Origin: Felis catus
Lineage: Eukaryota
DNA: 64,000 nucleotides
Assembly (NCBI RefSeq): GCF_018350175.1
Contig: NC_058368.1
Span: 1,426,001-1,490,000, forward strand
Reading direction: 5' to 3'
The position numbers were made by a program, and so were the translations under genes. The notes beneath the pieces were generated by a model. The model was not told the origin of the DNA, ran no database searches, and saw only the letters and a list, made by a program, of their open reading frames with translations. Positions 12,480 to 25,130 of the stretch are shown piece after piece; within the stretch, counting starts at the first letter, position 1, and every line of letters begins with the position of its first letter.

Positions 12480-12892
12480 ATTTTTTTGAAGTTTTTAAAA
12501 AAATTATTAAAATTCTACTTAGTTAACAAAGATTATATTGGTTTCAAGAATAGTATTTAGTGATTCCTTACTTACATATAATGCCCAGAGCTCATCACAA
12601 GTGCCCTCCTTGATACCCATCACCTATTTAGTTCATCTCCCACCCACCTCCCTTCCAGAAGCTCTCAGTTTGTTCTCTATAGTTAAGGGTCTCTTATGCT
12701 TTGCCTCCCTCTGCCCCCTCCTTCCCCTGTGTTCATCTGTTTTGTTTCTTAACTTCCAGAAATGAGTGAAATGTTACGGTACTTGTCTTTCTCTGTTTGA
12801 CTTATGTCACGTAGCATAATACACTCTAGCTCCATCTACATGGTTGTAAATGGCAAGATTTCATTCTTTTTGGTGGCTGAGTAATATTCTAT

Positions 12893-12930
<38 letters not shown>

Positions 12931-14323
12931 TGTCTGTCTGCAGACCACATCTTCTTTATCCATTCATCAGTCGATGGATACTTGAGCTCTTTCCACAATT
13001 CGGCTATTGTTGATAGTGCTATTAACATTAGTGTGTATGTGCCCCTTTGCATCAGTATTTTTGTATCCTTTGGGATACATAGTAGGGCAATTGTTGGAAC
13101 ATAGGATAGTTCTGTTTTTAACTTTTTGAGAAACCTCCATACTGTTTTCCAGAGCAGCTGCACCAGTTTGCATTCTCACCAACAGTGCCAAGACGCTTCC
13201 CCTTTCTCCAAATCTTCGCCAATACCTGCTGTTGCCTGTGTTGTTAATTTTAGCCATTCTGAGAGGGCTGAGGTGGTATCTCATTGTGGTTTTGATTTGT
13301 ATTTCCCTGATGATGAGGGATGTTGAGCATCTTTTCATGTGTCTGTTAGCCATCTGGATGTCTTCTTTGGAAAAGTGTCTATTCATGTCTTCTGCCCATT
13401 TCTTCACTGGACTATTTGTTTTCTGGGTGTTGAGTTTGGTAAGTTCTTTATAGATTTTGGATACTAACCCTTTATCTGATATGTCATTTACAAATATCTT
13501 CTCCCATTCTGTCGGTTGCCTTTTAGTTTTGCTGATGGTTTCCTTCGCTATGCAGAAGCTTTTTATCTTGATGAGGTCCCTATAGTTCATTTTTGCTTTT
13601 GTTTCCCTTGCCTCCAGCAACGTGTTTAGTAAAAACTTGCTGCAGCTGATGTAAAACAGGTTACTGCCTGTGTTTTCCTCTAGGAATTTGATGGTTTCCT
13701 ATCTAACATTTAGGTCTTTCATCCATTTTGAGTTATTTTGTGTATGGTGTAAGAAAGTGGTCCAGGTTCATTCTTCTGCATGTCGCTGTCCAGTTTTCCC
13801 AACACCATTTGTTGAAGAGACTGTCTTTTTTCCATTGGGTATTCTTTCCTGCTTTGTCAAAGATTAGTTGGACATACGTTTGTGGGTCCATTTCTGGATT
13901 CTCTATTCTGTTCCATTGATGTGTCTGTTTTTGTACCACACTGTCTTGATGATTACAGGTTTGTAATATAGCTTGAAGTCTGGAATTGTGATGCCTCCAG
14001 TTTTGATTTTCTGGCAATCTTGAAAAATTGCTTTGGCTATTTGGGTCTTTTGTGGTTCCATATAAATTTTAGAATTGTTTGTTCTAGCTCTGTCAAAAAT
14101 GCTGGTGGTATTTCGATAGGGATTGCATTATACGTATAGATTGTTTTGGGTAGTATAGACTTTTTAACAATATTTGTTCTTTCAATCCATGAGCATGGGA
14201 TTTTTTTCCATTTCTTTGTGTCCTCTTCGATTTCTTTTGTAAGTGTTCTATAGCTTTCAGAGTACAGATCTTTTACCTTTTTGGTTAAGTTTATTCCTAG
14301 ATATCTGATGGGTTTTGGTGAAC
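12480..14323 (-). mobile_element. 5'-truncated carnivore L1 (ORF2 C-terminus plus 3'UTR), with (GT)n at about 12895-12930
   Basis: ORF 12967..13620 contains [50 protein letters not shown] 13733..14017 contains [26 protein letters not shown]. Confidence 0.95.
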
Positions 14324-14992
14324 AGATTTAAGTTTAAAGTCAATTAAGAAAATAGAATACTAAAAGTTACTTTCAAGGAAACCAAAAGAAGGCAGGAAAT
14401 GAGGAACAAACTGGTAGGACAAATTGGGAACAAAAGAGAGAAGGTAGACTTACATTCAATCCTATCACTAATTCAAACATAAAGTATCTGAACTTCCGCT
14501 TCCAACTATGGTGGAGGGAGTTTTACAACTTGCTGTTCTGGCACAAACAATGAGAAAACTGTCCAAATCATACAAAAACTGCCTTTATACATTGGGTGAC
14601 AGCACAAGCCTGTGATCTCTGGGAGAGGAGAAGCAAAGAAGATTCCTGAAGGCTTCTGCCTGACAGCACATTTCAGAGTGTGACGCAAGCACGAGGAACC
14701 CAAGTGGAGTGTGGTGGTCTTGCTGAACTGAGAAGACAGAAATTGGAGTTCAGAGGCAAGCGAATTGCAGGGCAGCACATCAAAGATGAGGAAAGCACTC
14801 AGATGTACAAATCTACACAGAGGACCCCTTAATATTGGGCTGAATACTAAACTGAATGAGGCCAGGCAAAGAAAAATGACCAAAGCACAGGGAGCCAAAA
14901 ACTAATTAATTCTGAGAGATTACATAGGCCTGGGAGATGGTAAAGGTCAAGACCTTCATACAGTAGAAGATAGTCTTTAAACGTGACATTTA

Positions 14993-15218
14993 GGGGCGCC
15001 TGGGTGGCTCAGTCAGATGGGTGTCTGACTTCGGCTCAGGTCGTGATCTCACAGCTTGTGAGTTCAAGCCCTGCATCGGGCTTTGTGCTGACAGCTCAGA
15101 GCCTGGAGCCTGCTTCAGATTCTGTGTCCCTCTCTCACTCTGCCTCTCCCCAGCTGATGCTCTCTCTCTCTCTCTCTCTCTCAAGAATAAATAAAACATT
15201 AAAAATTTTTTTTTAAAA
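14993..15218 (+). mobile_element. Feliform Can-SINE, TSD gtgacatt
   Basis: SINE consensus. Confidence 0.95.
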
Positions 15219-15408
15219 AGGTGACATTCACCTTTAGGAAAGTAGAAAACCAAATTAAACCCAAAGTAAGTGGGAAAAAGGAAATAATAGAAAAAATAGA
15301 AATAATAGAACTCAGGGTGGAAATCAATAACATAAGAAAAATTAAAGAGAATAAAGAATGAAACCAGAAGCTTGTTATTTAATAAAGTCAATAAAAACTG
15401 CTAAACCT

Positions 15409-15759
15409 TGAATGAAATATGGCCCTTTGTAGCAACATGGATGGAACTGGAGAGTGTTATGCTAAGTGAAATAAGCCATACAGAGAAAGACAGATACCAT
15501 ATGTTTTCACTCTTATGTGGATCCTGAGAAACTTAACAGAAACCCATGGGGGAGGGGAAGGAAAAAAAAAAAAGAGGTTAGAGTGGGAGAGAGCCAAAGC
15601 ATAAGAGACTCTTAAAAACTGAGAACAAACTGAGGGTTGATGGGGGGTGGGAGGGAGGGGAGGGTGGGGATGGGTATTGAGAAGGGCACCTGTTGGGAAG
15701 AGCACTGGGTGTTGTATGGAAACCAATTTGACAATAAATTTCATATATTGAAAAAAAAC
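15409..15759 (+). mobile_element. Short young L1 3' end with TSD ctgctaaacct
   Basis: gcaacatggatggaactggagagtgttatgctaagtgaaataagcc..gacaataaa plus A-tail, flanking direct repeat. Confidence 0.9.
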
Positions 15760-15803
15760 CCTGCTAAACCTCTAGCTAGAACAACCCATTAAAAAAGAGA
15801 GAG

Positions 15804-16020
15804 GGGGCGCCTGGGTGGCTCAGTCGGTTGGGCGGCCGACTTCGGCTCAGGTCACGATCTCGCGGTCCGTGAGTTCGAGCCCCGCGTCGGGCTCTGGGCT
15901 GATGGCTCAGAGCCTGGAGCCTGCTTCCAATTCTGTGTCTCCCTCTCTCTCTGCCCCTCCCCCGTTCATGCTCTCTCTGTCTCAAAAATGAATAAAACGT
16001 TAAAAAAAATTTTTTTTAAA
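15804..16020 (+). mobile_element. Young feliform Can-SINE, TSD aaaaagagaga
   Basis: Near-consensus, CpG-rich. Confidence 0.95.
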
Positions 16021-16279
16021 AAGAGAGAAGATGCAAATTATAACAGCAGGAATTAGAAAAGTGATATTACTATATATTCTAGAGAACTTTCCATAATAAT
16101 AAGGAAATATATAAATAATTTTCTGTCAATTAGAGAAATGGATAAATTCGTTAAAGTGAATAAATCACTTAAAAGACACAAACTGCGAGAGCTAACACAA
16201 AAAGAAATAAATAGCTTGAATAGCCATTTTCTTATTAAAGAAATTTAACTTTTCATCATAAACTTTCCCACCAGAGGAG

Positions 16280-18940
16280 ACAGCATGTGGAAATATCCCG
16301 AATTCACCTCCTCCTATACACAACAAATCTACAGTTGCATATGAAATAATTCCCTCTGAAAACGACCTGAAAACTAGCTTAACAGCTCTTCTGCAACAAA
16401 GGGTAGAAAGGGTCACACTGAGATGGGTAGGAGAGTCAGAAACACAGCCCCAAACCCCACCCCTGGCAAGGCAACCCACAATCAAGAGGCTGTCACAAAT
16501 ATGGGGTTTCTCCCTGAGGAGCGAGGGGTTTGTGCTCATCGGTCACCTCAACTCCTGGGACCCACACCAGAGACAAATCCCCAAAACATCTGGCTTTGAA
16601 AACCAAAAGGCTTATGTCCAGGAGAACCATAGGGAATGAGGAGTTCACTCTTCGGAGGCTCACACGCTGCTTCTTCGCCCTGGGACCTCGCACGAAAGGA
16701 GCAGTTTGAAAATCACCTAGACCGTATCTGAAGGAGATCCATTTGCTAACCTTAAAGCATCTGCCAGAGGGTCAGGAGCCTGTCAGGACTCTCTCCAGGG
16801 ACACAGGTGCTGGAGGGAGCCAATTTTGGGTTCTCCCTGTTCCTTCCGAGTGCCAGTGGCCACGCCCCACTCCTGCACTGCACTCTGGCCCTCCCAGAGC
16901 CATGGGGTCAAGCGTCCCACCCCCACACTGCCTTGTGCGCTGACACCTGGCAGGGGCATGCAGCCCACCCAGGGGATTCTCCTTGAGTACTTGGCTCTGG
17001 TGGCCGGGGAGGAATGCATTTCTGGGCTCCACAGGTCTGAAGCAATTAGACAGTTCTTGACAGACTACTGCCCCCCCAGGGCACTGCACTGACAGCAGAC
17101 TAAGACACATCCCCAGTTTTCCTGTGAGAAAAGGCCTATGTACTTATCCTACAGTTTCAGTCTGAAAGGCTCCACTTCAGGATTCCTACACGTCTGGAGG
17201 CTACAGGAATGATCTCAGGGAACATAGGTGGGGGATGGGGGAGATACTGGCACCATGTTTTCTCTCTCCCTTGGCCTGGCAATAGCTCTTTGGTACCTCC
17301 CAGAAAGGAGGTCATACACTTGTCTGGCACCCTGAAATTTGCAACTGTTGCCAAAGGGACATCTCCAGACTGCCTGATTTGGAGGCCAGCAAAATTTGTG
17401 ATTGTGGTCCTGCGGGACTGTATATGTTTGCGTACCTTAAAAGCTCCTGCCTGAAACTATGGACTGACTGAGATCTCTCCCTCAGGAACACTCATGGGAC
17501 TTGGCACACCTTCAACAACGGGGTCCTATCAAGAATAAATCAATGCTCCTTAGATAGCCACAAAGATCTGAGAGACAACCAAGAGCTAGGGCAAGGTTGA
17601 GAGATAAAGTTCATTTCCTACACAAGGCCACTTCTTCAAGAATAGGAGAGATAGCTGTTTCACTTAATACATAGAAACAAACACAGAAAGTTCAGCAAAA
17701 TGAGGAGACAGAGGAATATTTTCCAAATGAAAGAACAAGATAAAACTTCAGGAAGAGAAAAGCTTAGTGAAATGGAATTAAGTAATTTTCCTGATAAGGA
17801 GTTCAAGTAGTGGTAATAAAAATGTTCACCAAAGTTGGGAGAAGAATGGATGAACACAGCGAGAATGTCAACAAAGAGACTGAAAATAGAAGAAAATACC
17901 AAAGAGAAGTCATAGAGGTGGAGAACACAGCAACTGAACTGAAGAGTGCCCTAGAGGGCTAACAGCAGACCAGATGAGCTAGAAGTACAGAATTCACATG
18001 GAACTTCTACAACGCAACACCAAAACCCAAATAATCCAACTAAAAAACAGGCAGAAGACATGGACAGACATTTCTCTAAAGAAGACATACAGATGACCAG
18101 CAGACACATGAAAAGATGCCCAACATCATTCATCATCAGAGAAATGCAAATCAAAACCACAATGAGATACCACCTTACACCTGTCAGAATGGCTAAAATT
18201 AAGAACACAAGAAACAACAGGTATTGGTGAAGATTTGGAGAAAGGGGAACCGTCTTGCACTGTTGGTGGGATTGCAAACTGGTGCAGCTGCTCTGGAAAA
18301 CAGCATGGAGATTCCTCAAGAAGTTAAAAATAGAACTACCTTATATTCCAGCAATTACACTCCTAGGTACTTACTCAAAGAATGCAAAAATACTAATTCA
18401 AATTAGTTTATTAGTTTATAGCAGCATTATCTGCAGTAGCCAAATTATGGAAAGAGCCCAAGTGTTCATTGACTGATGAATGGATAAAGAAGATGTGCTA
18501 CATACATACAATGGCATATTGTTCAACCATAAAAAAGAGCGAAGTCTTGCATTTGCAAAAACATGGATGGAGCTAGAGAGTATAATAGTATAACGCTAAG
18601 TGAAATAAGCCAGTCAGAGAAAGACAAATACCATATGATTTCATTCATATGTGAAATTAAAGAAACAAAACAAATGAACAAAAGGAAAAAGAGACAAACC
18701 AAAAAAACAGACTCTTGACTATAGAGAGCAAACAGATGGTTACCAGAGGGGAGGGGAGGTGGGGGGGGGGATGGGGAAATAAGTGAGGGGGATTAAGAGC
18801 ACATTTACCTTGATGAGCACTGAGTAATGTAGAGAATTGTTGAGTCACTATATTGTACACCTGAAACTAATCTAACACTGTATGTGAAGTACACTGGAAT
18901 AAAAATAAAAGTAAAAATAATAAAATTAAAATAAAAAATA
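16280..18940 (+). mobile_element. L1 5'UTR plus ORF1 start joined to ORF2 end / 3'UTR (internally deleted L1 or two adjacent L1 pieces)
   Basis: aaaatgaggagacagaggaatattttccaaatgaaagaacaag (ORF1 start, about 17700). gacagacatttctctaaagaagacatacagatg and caaatcaaaaccacaatgagataccac (ORF2 end). A-rich tail at about 18900-18940. Confidence 0.85.
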
Positions 18941-18959
18941 AAATATACCTCAATTATAC

Positions 18960-19160
18960 ATTGAAGATAAAAGAAGTAGCAGTTTATATATCTATTTACA
19001 GACACCCAGAGCAAATCAGAAAAATGTGAGTTTAGCAAGACCATAAACCTGATCGATGGCAGAACAGAAATTTGATTCCACTTTTGTTTAGTCCCACGTG
19101 CATTAAAAAATATATCTCCTAAATGACTCTGCTGTATAAGAAGCCTAAGAACTGCTCTCA
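18960..19160 (-). pseudogene. Sacsin-like SRR2 sr2 fragment
   Basis: GTKQKWNQ (about 19095-19072) resembles DTKGRWNT. Followed by YINCYFFY where sacsin has DYTYYAVWP. Confidence 0.6.
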
Positions 19161-19169
19161 GCAGACACC

Positions 19170-19925
19170 CGGACATCATCTTTCCCATCACCCTGTCCAT
19201 CTAATCAACCACCAAGCCCTGTAAGAATTCCTCTAAGTATCTTTCTAATCTTTCACATCTGCCCACCCCCACCACCACCCTAAGTCGAAGACACCTGCTC
19301 TTTCCTGGCCACCACATTAGAACCTTTCCCAGGCTCCCTGTTCCAATTATTCTGGCCTACAGCAATCTCTTCTTGATCCCAGCAGACAAAGTAAACTTTT
19401 AAACATGCAGCTCTGACCTTGGCTTATAGCCTGTCAACCACTTGCACGGTCCTTACAAAGGCCACAAAGTCATGCGTGCGCTCCTTGTGCCCCACTCTTC
19501 AGTCTCAGTCTTCATAATTCAGCCCCTCCCCCACTCCGGCCACCACTAATGAGGCTTCCAATGCCTGGACCATTCTTCCCCTTCCCACCCCATCACAGAG
19601 CTGACTCATGTGTAAGATCTCTGTCATATTCATTTCTCCAGGGATTTCTTTCCTGATTTCCGCAAAGTGGGTGAATCCTCTATCATGTATTTGCTCAGTG
19701 CCCTGTCCTTCCTTTTCTTTCAGAGCACTTGTCGATTTGTAATTGTATATTTATTTGTGTCGTTCCTTGATTAAGATCTATCACCAACACTGCCGTGCAA
19801 GCTGTACGAGAACACAGGTCGTGTCTCTTCTACTATCGTTTAGACTCCCAGGGCATTGCCTGGCACAGAGCAATTACTAGTTATTGGAATGGCCTTTATG
19901 AAACACTTATTTGAATGAATGAATA
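19170..19925 (+). mobile_element. L2 3' remnant
   Basis: Pyrimidine-rich body ending tgcctggcacagag..ttattgaatgaatgaat. Confidence 0.75.
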
Positions 19926-21199
19926 TGTACTGAGGATCATAAATTCAGATGTGCAAAGAAAACGCCATTTGCTTTGTCTGTAAGCGAGCTGGTCTTCCTC
20001 ATAAGTGCCTGCCTTCTACATAGCTATGGAAAGAGCAGTGTGGAGAAAGACCTTTATTTTAGTCCATCTGGTAACCTCACCCCAAGCCCATAATTTAAAC
20101 CACTCCTTAGATAACTCAGTCTCTGCTTTGATGACTCAGTTAAGTGGATTCGTCTGTTGGAGTTCTGTTCCTCTCCAGGTATGTCTTGTGAAGTGTGCAG
20201 CAGGAGCTGATACATCTGTGTCCTTGTAGAAGAAGGAGCCCTGGGCTTGTGCTCTTCTGGTCCCATCTCCATGTGCTCTGTGGCACTTCCTACTCAGGTC
20301 TGAGGTGGTTGAGCTCATGGCCTATGGTTTAGCCATTGGTCTAGTGGTCTCTCCCCACCAACAGGGCTCACACTCCTCTGAGTGTGTCAGAGAAACTACA
20401 CAAGAGTCACCTTGTACCTATTTTGCTGAATAAGTGAATGATTGAATGAGTGAGTGACCAACCAAAGAAAATGCTCAAATATACTGTTAGGTTACAAAAA
20501 ATATTTTAACAGAGCATTATTTTAGTTTCTAAAAGAAAAATATGTATGTATCTGTGTGTATTATACGCACACACACACACACACAGACCAGAAAGAAACA
20601 TACCATATAAACGTTGGTTATTGTAGAGCAGTAAGATTGTAAGTGATTCTTTTTTCATTTGCATTTTCCTTTATGCTTTTCATACTTTCTTCTATGAGAA
20701 GAAAATTCCAGATTTTCTATAATGAACATGGAGTATAGAATCAGAGAAAAACAATGAACATTGATATCAAATTTTTATGCAAACAACTCCTAATTACCTA
20801 TAGGTCACTCACTTGATGTCTGAATATCATGGGGCCCAAGACCCCCCAAAATCCTCTCTTGACACCCACAGGCCAATCTTGATCTGATCCAGCCCAGGAG
20901 TGAGGACCTTGGTCCCCCTTTATTCTTTGTGCAAAGGCCCAATAACCCAGATCTGTGCTAGGATCATCCAGAGGCCATGACAGTGTGCCCTGGGTGGGGT
21001 GCTTCGGAGGCAGAGAAGACTCTCCTCATACCATGGAGATCTTTCTGGGTGCACTTTCTGCCCCAGCATCAGAAAGGGGGTCAGGATGGGCGTAGCTTCA
21101 GAATTCATTTCCTGACTTTCTCTCCTCAGTGGCTTCAAGTCACTGTTAACTTGAAAGTGAACATACCAAGGTCCTGTTCTTCTAGATTCTGAAAAATTA

Positions 21200-21545
21200 C
21201 TCAAACTCTCTGAGCTTCAGCTTCCCCATCAAAAAACAAGACTAATGTTAACTACTCTGAGAGGTTGATAGGACAGTTAGGGGGAAATGCAGATAAATTG
21301 CCAGATACCTGGCAATTAATAGGTGATCAGTCAGTTCCACTTATTAAAATTTTAAAGTAAAATGTCTTTGCATACAAATAGCATACAAGTCGTGTAATAA
21401 TAATAGCAATTGCTAAAATACACACTAGTGCCAAATGGGCATCATCTGATATGCTCTTCATGCGGTTCTATGAAACAGATACTGTCCATAGCTCCATTTG
21501 ACACATAGGGAAACTGAGATGCTCTAGAGAGGGTGATAACATTTA
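21200..21545. mobile_element. Two MIR remnants
   Basis: ctctctgagcttcagcttccccatc and ccatttgacacatagggaaactgag. Confidence 0.65.
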
Positions 21546-21574
21546 GTGAATTAATAGTTACACAATTTACCAAG

Positions 21575-22012
21575 TAGTGTCCCCTCAGAAACATGCCCCA
21601 GAGCCCAGGAATGTAACCCTTACTTGGAAAGAGTCTTTGCAGTTGTCAATTAACCTAAGGATCTCAAGATGAGATCATCCTGGATTACTTGGTGGGTCCT
21701 AAATTCAATGGCAGGTATGAGAGTGAGGCAGAGGAGATTAGAGAGTCAGGGACACGGGGGAAAGGCCATGTACAGACAGAGACAGAGAGGAGAGTGGTGT
21801 GGCCACAGCCAAAGAATGCTAGGAGCCAGGAGACGCTGGGAGAGGCAAGGAGGGGGTCTCCCTGGAGACTTTGAAGGGAGTGTGGCCCTGTCAGCATCTT
21901 GATTTTGAACTTCTACCCTCCAAAACTATGAGAGAATAAATTTCTGATGTTTTATGTTACCTAGTTTGTGGCAATTTATTAGAGTAGCAACCCTAGGAAA
22001 CTAATATAGATA
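21575..22012 (+). mobile_element. MaLR LTR (MLT1-type)
   Basis: gatctcaagatgagatcatcctggatta..ccacagccaaagaatgc..aactatgagagaataaatttctg..ggaaactaata. Confidence 0.85.
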
Positions 22013-22499
22013 CAAAAGCCCCTGGGTTTAAACCCCACCATTCTCTCCTCCTGACCCCTCACCTAACCCATCAAGGATTTCATGTGGTGCTCTCTTTCCC
22101 AAAACACAAAGTTATTTAGAACCAGAGTACCCATTTTCTCATCCCTCATAGCCACAGCATATCCAGTGTTATGTATAACTCGCTGGAAGACTCAAATTTG
22201 GAGAGTGAACTGCCCTACCAAGCTCAAACTGTCTTATCAAACTTTCATTTGGTCGAGCACCAGTTATATGTAATTATACCCAGGACTGTGTAAACTACAG
22301 AATCTATCAGGGACACTTTGCCTACAGTAAGACGCAAACAATACCACCCACGGGAATAGTTTTCTCTGAGGCTTTGCCCACAAAGTCACACTGTTCATCC
22401 TTATAATCACGATGATGCCCAGTCCCCAAGAAAGCTATGATGCTAGTAATCTTAAGATAAACAGTGCTTTCCAGTTTTGTAATCTATGATCTAATTCAT

Positions 22500-23000
22500 C
22501 CTCCTAACTATGCATCAATGGGAACTGAAGTATATGGTCCTATTAAAACAGAGAACAGACAATTTCCAGAGTAGGAACATGAATTCTACAAATGTTTATC
22601 CCCAGGGTGATTTTTTAAAGGTCTACAGCAAAGACTCAAATCAACAAGAAGTAATCTTTGGAGTAGCCTAATTGGAACAAATTCTTGTTCCAAAGGTCAA
22701 GCCTTTCCCTTCCTCACTGTCTTTTACTTAAAAATGCTTGATTTTAGGAATCTGGATTAGACAGTTCTACAGCAAAATAGATGCTGAATTCCTGAGAATA
22801 ATTCCTGCGAATTAGGCTGTGGTGTTACCTGTCCCCGGAAAAGAATTCCTTCACAAAAATACAATGGAGAAGCCAACTGATGAATAGTTCATTTGTAAGA
22901 CAAATGGAAGACAATGTTGGACACCACTTTGGTTCCTCTAACTCTTTACTGTCAGCCCCCCACCAAGGTGGCCTAGGCATGCATAATGGAAACACATAAA
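22500..23000 (-). pseudogene. Sacsin-like SRR1/SRR2 junction and SRR2 sr1 start
   Basis: KWCPTLSSICL resembles WLKVPCLSTRL. IRRNYSQEFSIY..ELSNPDS resembles [28 protein letters not shown] resembles SNPGIKIN. Confidence 0.65.
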
Positions 23001-23029
23001 GTAAAATCTCGGAAATGGCCAGGGCAAAA

Positions 23030-23290
23030 GAACAGGCTTTGAAGCCAGACAATGGATAATGGAGGGTTTCCTTCCAGGGCTGTTTTATGAATCAAAGGCA
23101 ATGAACATCAAGTGGCCATCCCAGTACCAGGAACATAGTAGGTGCTCAACGTAATGGTAGATATTATTATGTGGAGTCAAGGAAACCAGAGATTAGAGCC
23201 ATCTCTACCACATACTACTTCTGTGATTCAATATCTTAGTTCCATCTGTAAAGTGGGAATAATAATGGTGAAGACAAATTAGATTGTAGA
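23030..23290 (+). mobile_element. MIR remnants inside the sacsin-like fossil
   Basis: ggctttgaagccagac, ggaacatagtaggtgctcaa, catctgtaaagtgggaataataat. Confidence 0.7.
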
Positions 23291-23830
23291 TGATGAAGCT
23301 GGAAGCAGTATATATCATAAAGTTTCATCTGAGTCCAGCAGTCTATAATTTATTAATAAAGGGGCGATCTCAGTTGTACTGTGGTATAGAACAAGATGAG
23401 AAGGTTTGACCACAAAAAGAGCTCAGTTGCCACAGTAATTCAGATATTACTTTCAAAGTAAGAATGTTAATGTTGAGCCACATGTCTTCTATAACATGCC
23501 GGTGGGTTTTCCATTGTAGATGAAGATCAGACAGCACTATATTTTAGGATCAAAGCTAGTGTTATAGTGGAAGTAAAACCCTGTTAAGCCCCCAAAACCA
23601 GTACTTACCATGGGCTTGGGTAATATGATGTAAAGATACTCTACGTGTTTATTTTGAAAACCCCAAATTTTCTTGTAGAAAATGTCAAGCACCATCAAAA
23701 TATTCTGTTTTTTCAATCCGACAAATACCCTCTCATTACAAGCAAGCAACTTTCCCCATTATGGGTTTAAAATAAGGTGAAGTGGTTCTATTGATCTAAC
23801 TACTTCTGAAGCTGTTGAAGAGAAAGAGGA
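23290..23830 (-). pseudogene. Sacsin-like SRR1 C-terminal fragment
   Basis: KIWGFQNKHVE (about 23671-23639) resembles EIYGFMHDHLN. L*KTCGS (23494-23474) resembles LFKVCGS. ILLP at about 23305. Confidence 0.75.
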
Positions 23831-23832
23831 TA

Positions 23833-23833
<1 letters not shown>

Positions 23834-23869
<36 letters not shown>

Positions 23870-24050
23870 GTTTTTATACAGTTATATAATAATATATATA
23901 GATATATCAATATATATAGGAAAAATACATATAGTTATATATAATTATATTATATAGAGAGAAAATATGTTATATAGAGTTACACATAATATGTACATAG
24001 AGAGGTATATAGAGACAGAAAGAATATATAATATATATATTAAGCAATAT
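23834..24050. repeat. (CA)n microsatellite followed by degenerate (TA)-rich repeat
   Basis: Direct inspection. Confidence 0.9.
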
Positions 24051-24059
24051 TCAATTATT

Positions 24060-24720
24060 GATAAAATTGGATGTCACCACCTGCCTGAAAGAGTTAATCA
24101 TCTTACCCAAGTGCTCAGCAAGTAGTGTAATCAGCTGTAGAGAATATTTGAGTGGACTACGCGTTTTTGTAAAGGAGGTACTATATTAAGCACAAGGATA
24201 ACAGTGGTCCTAATACTTGAAAAGATGCCTAGTTCAGGTGGCTTGATTTTCCCACATCGTATCAGAAACAGTTTTCCCAATCCTTAGCATTGTAGAATTA
24301 TTGGTTCAATTTTGAAAGGTTAACTAATATCCAAAGTAAGCTTTTCTTAGGAAAAGTGACCTTTCTCACTTTGTCAAGACCATTTTCTTAGCATGGCACA
24401 TGGACACTCGTTTCCAGACCCTGGACTAATAAAGAATACTTCTTTACCCTACTTCCTCCTAAGGTCATGTCGCAGAGTGGCAGGTGATCTAAACTTTGTA
24501 AATATCAAATTTTGAATTAGATCCAGTCGAATAAGGCTTTCATGGCAAATTTAACATGACATGAATGAATGTTTTCAAAAGAGCTCAATTTACTAGTATC
24601 CCACATATTTGGAGAATTCCCTTTTTCTTCCTGATAGAAAGCACCATTTTCTTGAGACATAGTTGCCCTTCCAATTGTGTGAGGAAAATCACAAAATTGC
24701 ATGAGGAAAACCTTCAAGTC
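24060..24720 (-). pseudogene. Sacsin-like SRR1 sr3 fragment
   Basis: QENGAFYQEE..NMWDTSKLSSFEN..LFDWI (24660-24520) resembles sacsin IENAFYSHEE..MLWVLENLSSLKN..VLEWL. MLRIGK resembles LRQIGL. Confidence 0.75.
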
Positions 24721-24984
24721 TGGTGCAAGGAATACTGGGAAGGACGGGGGAACAGAAGACTTGACAGGACTCGGAAGGAGCCAAAGTTTCTTCTGGGAAC
24801 TGAGGATTGAAGGCTCCAGGGAGCAGATTCGACTCAACATAAGAAAGACTGGCTTAGGTCAAAGTTATCCAAAGATCAAATAGGCAGGTGCCCTGGGAGG
24901 GGGGAAGAGCTTGCCTCTGCTGAGATACCAGGAGAGGTATCAGGTGGGTGGTTACATGAGAGAGTGTTTGCCGGCTGCTCACTA

Positions 24985-25130
24985 AAATTGCCTAGGTTCC
25001 TGTTTAAAATACAAATTCCTGGGCCCTACCTCTAGAGATTCTGATTCCATAGGTCTGGGAGATAGAGAATCTGTGTTTTTAACAAGTGCCCTGCGCAGAT
25101 CCCAGTTCACTCTCTGATAGTTCCAAACAC
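24985..25130. mobile_element. MER5A-like hAT-Charlie MITE
   Basis: aaaatacaaattcctgggccctacctctagagattctgattccataggtctggg..ttttaacaag. Confidence 0.75.

Larger units (their letters stand above)
9540..12480 (+). mobile_element. Old L1 5'UTR/ORF1 remnants (host of nested SINEs)
   Basis: A-rich degenerate ORF1-like sequence (aatagctattataaatatg, aaaataaagactttgcagacaaacaaaaactgaaagaatt). Confidence 0.7.
14325..16280 (+). mobile_element. Old L1 fragments (ORF2 start and 5'UTR-like pieces) with nested insertions
   Basis: aaaccaaattaaacccaaagtaagtgggaaaaaggaaataat, aaatcaataacata typical of L1 ORF2. Confidence 0.7.

Noticed and set aside
12967..13620. 217-aa ORF as an active L1 or host gene
   Set aside because: It is the ORF2 tail of a 5'-truncated, frameshifted L1.
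24061..24360. Apparent RNA-virus polymerase motifs (VNLSKLNQ, ALG*DD), suggesting an endogenous viral element
   Set aside because: Motif spacing is far too short and motif B is absent. The flanking peptides fit sacsin collinearly.
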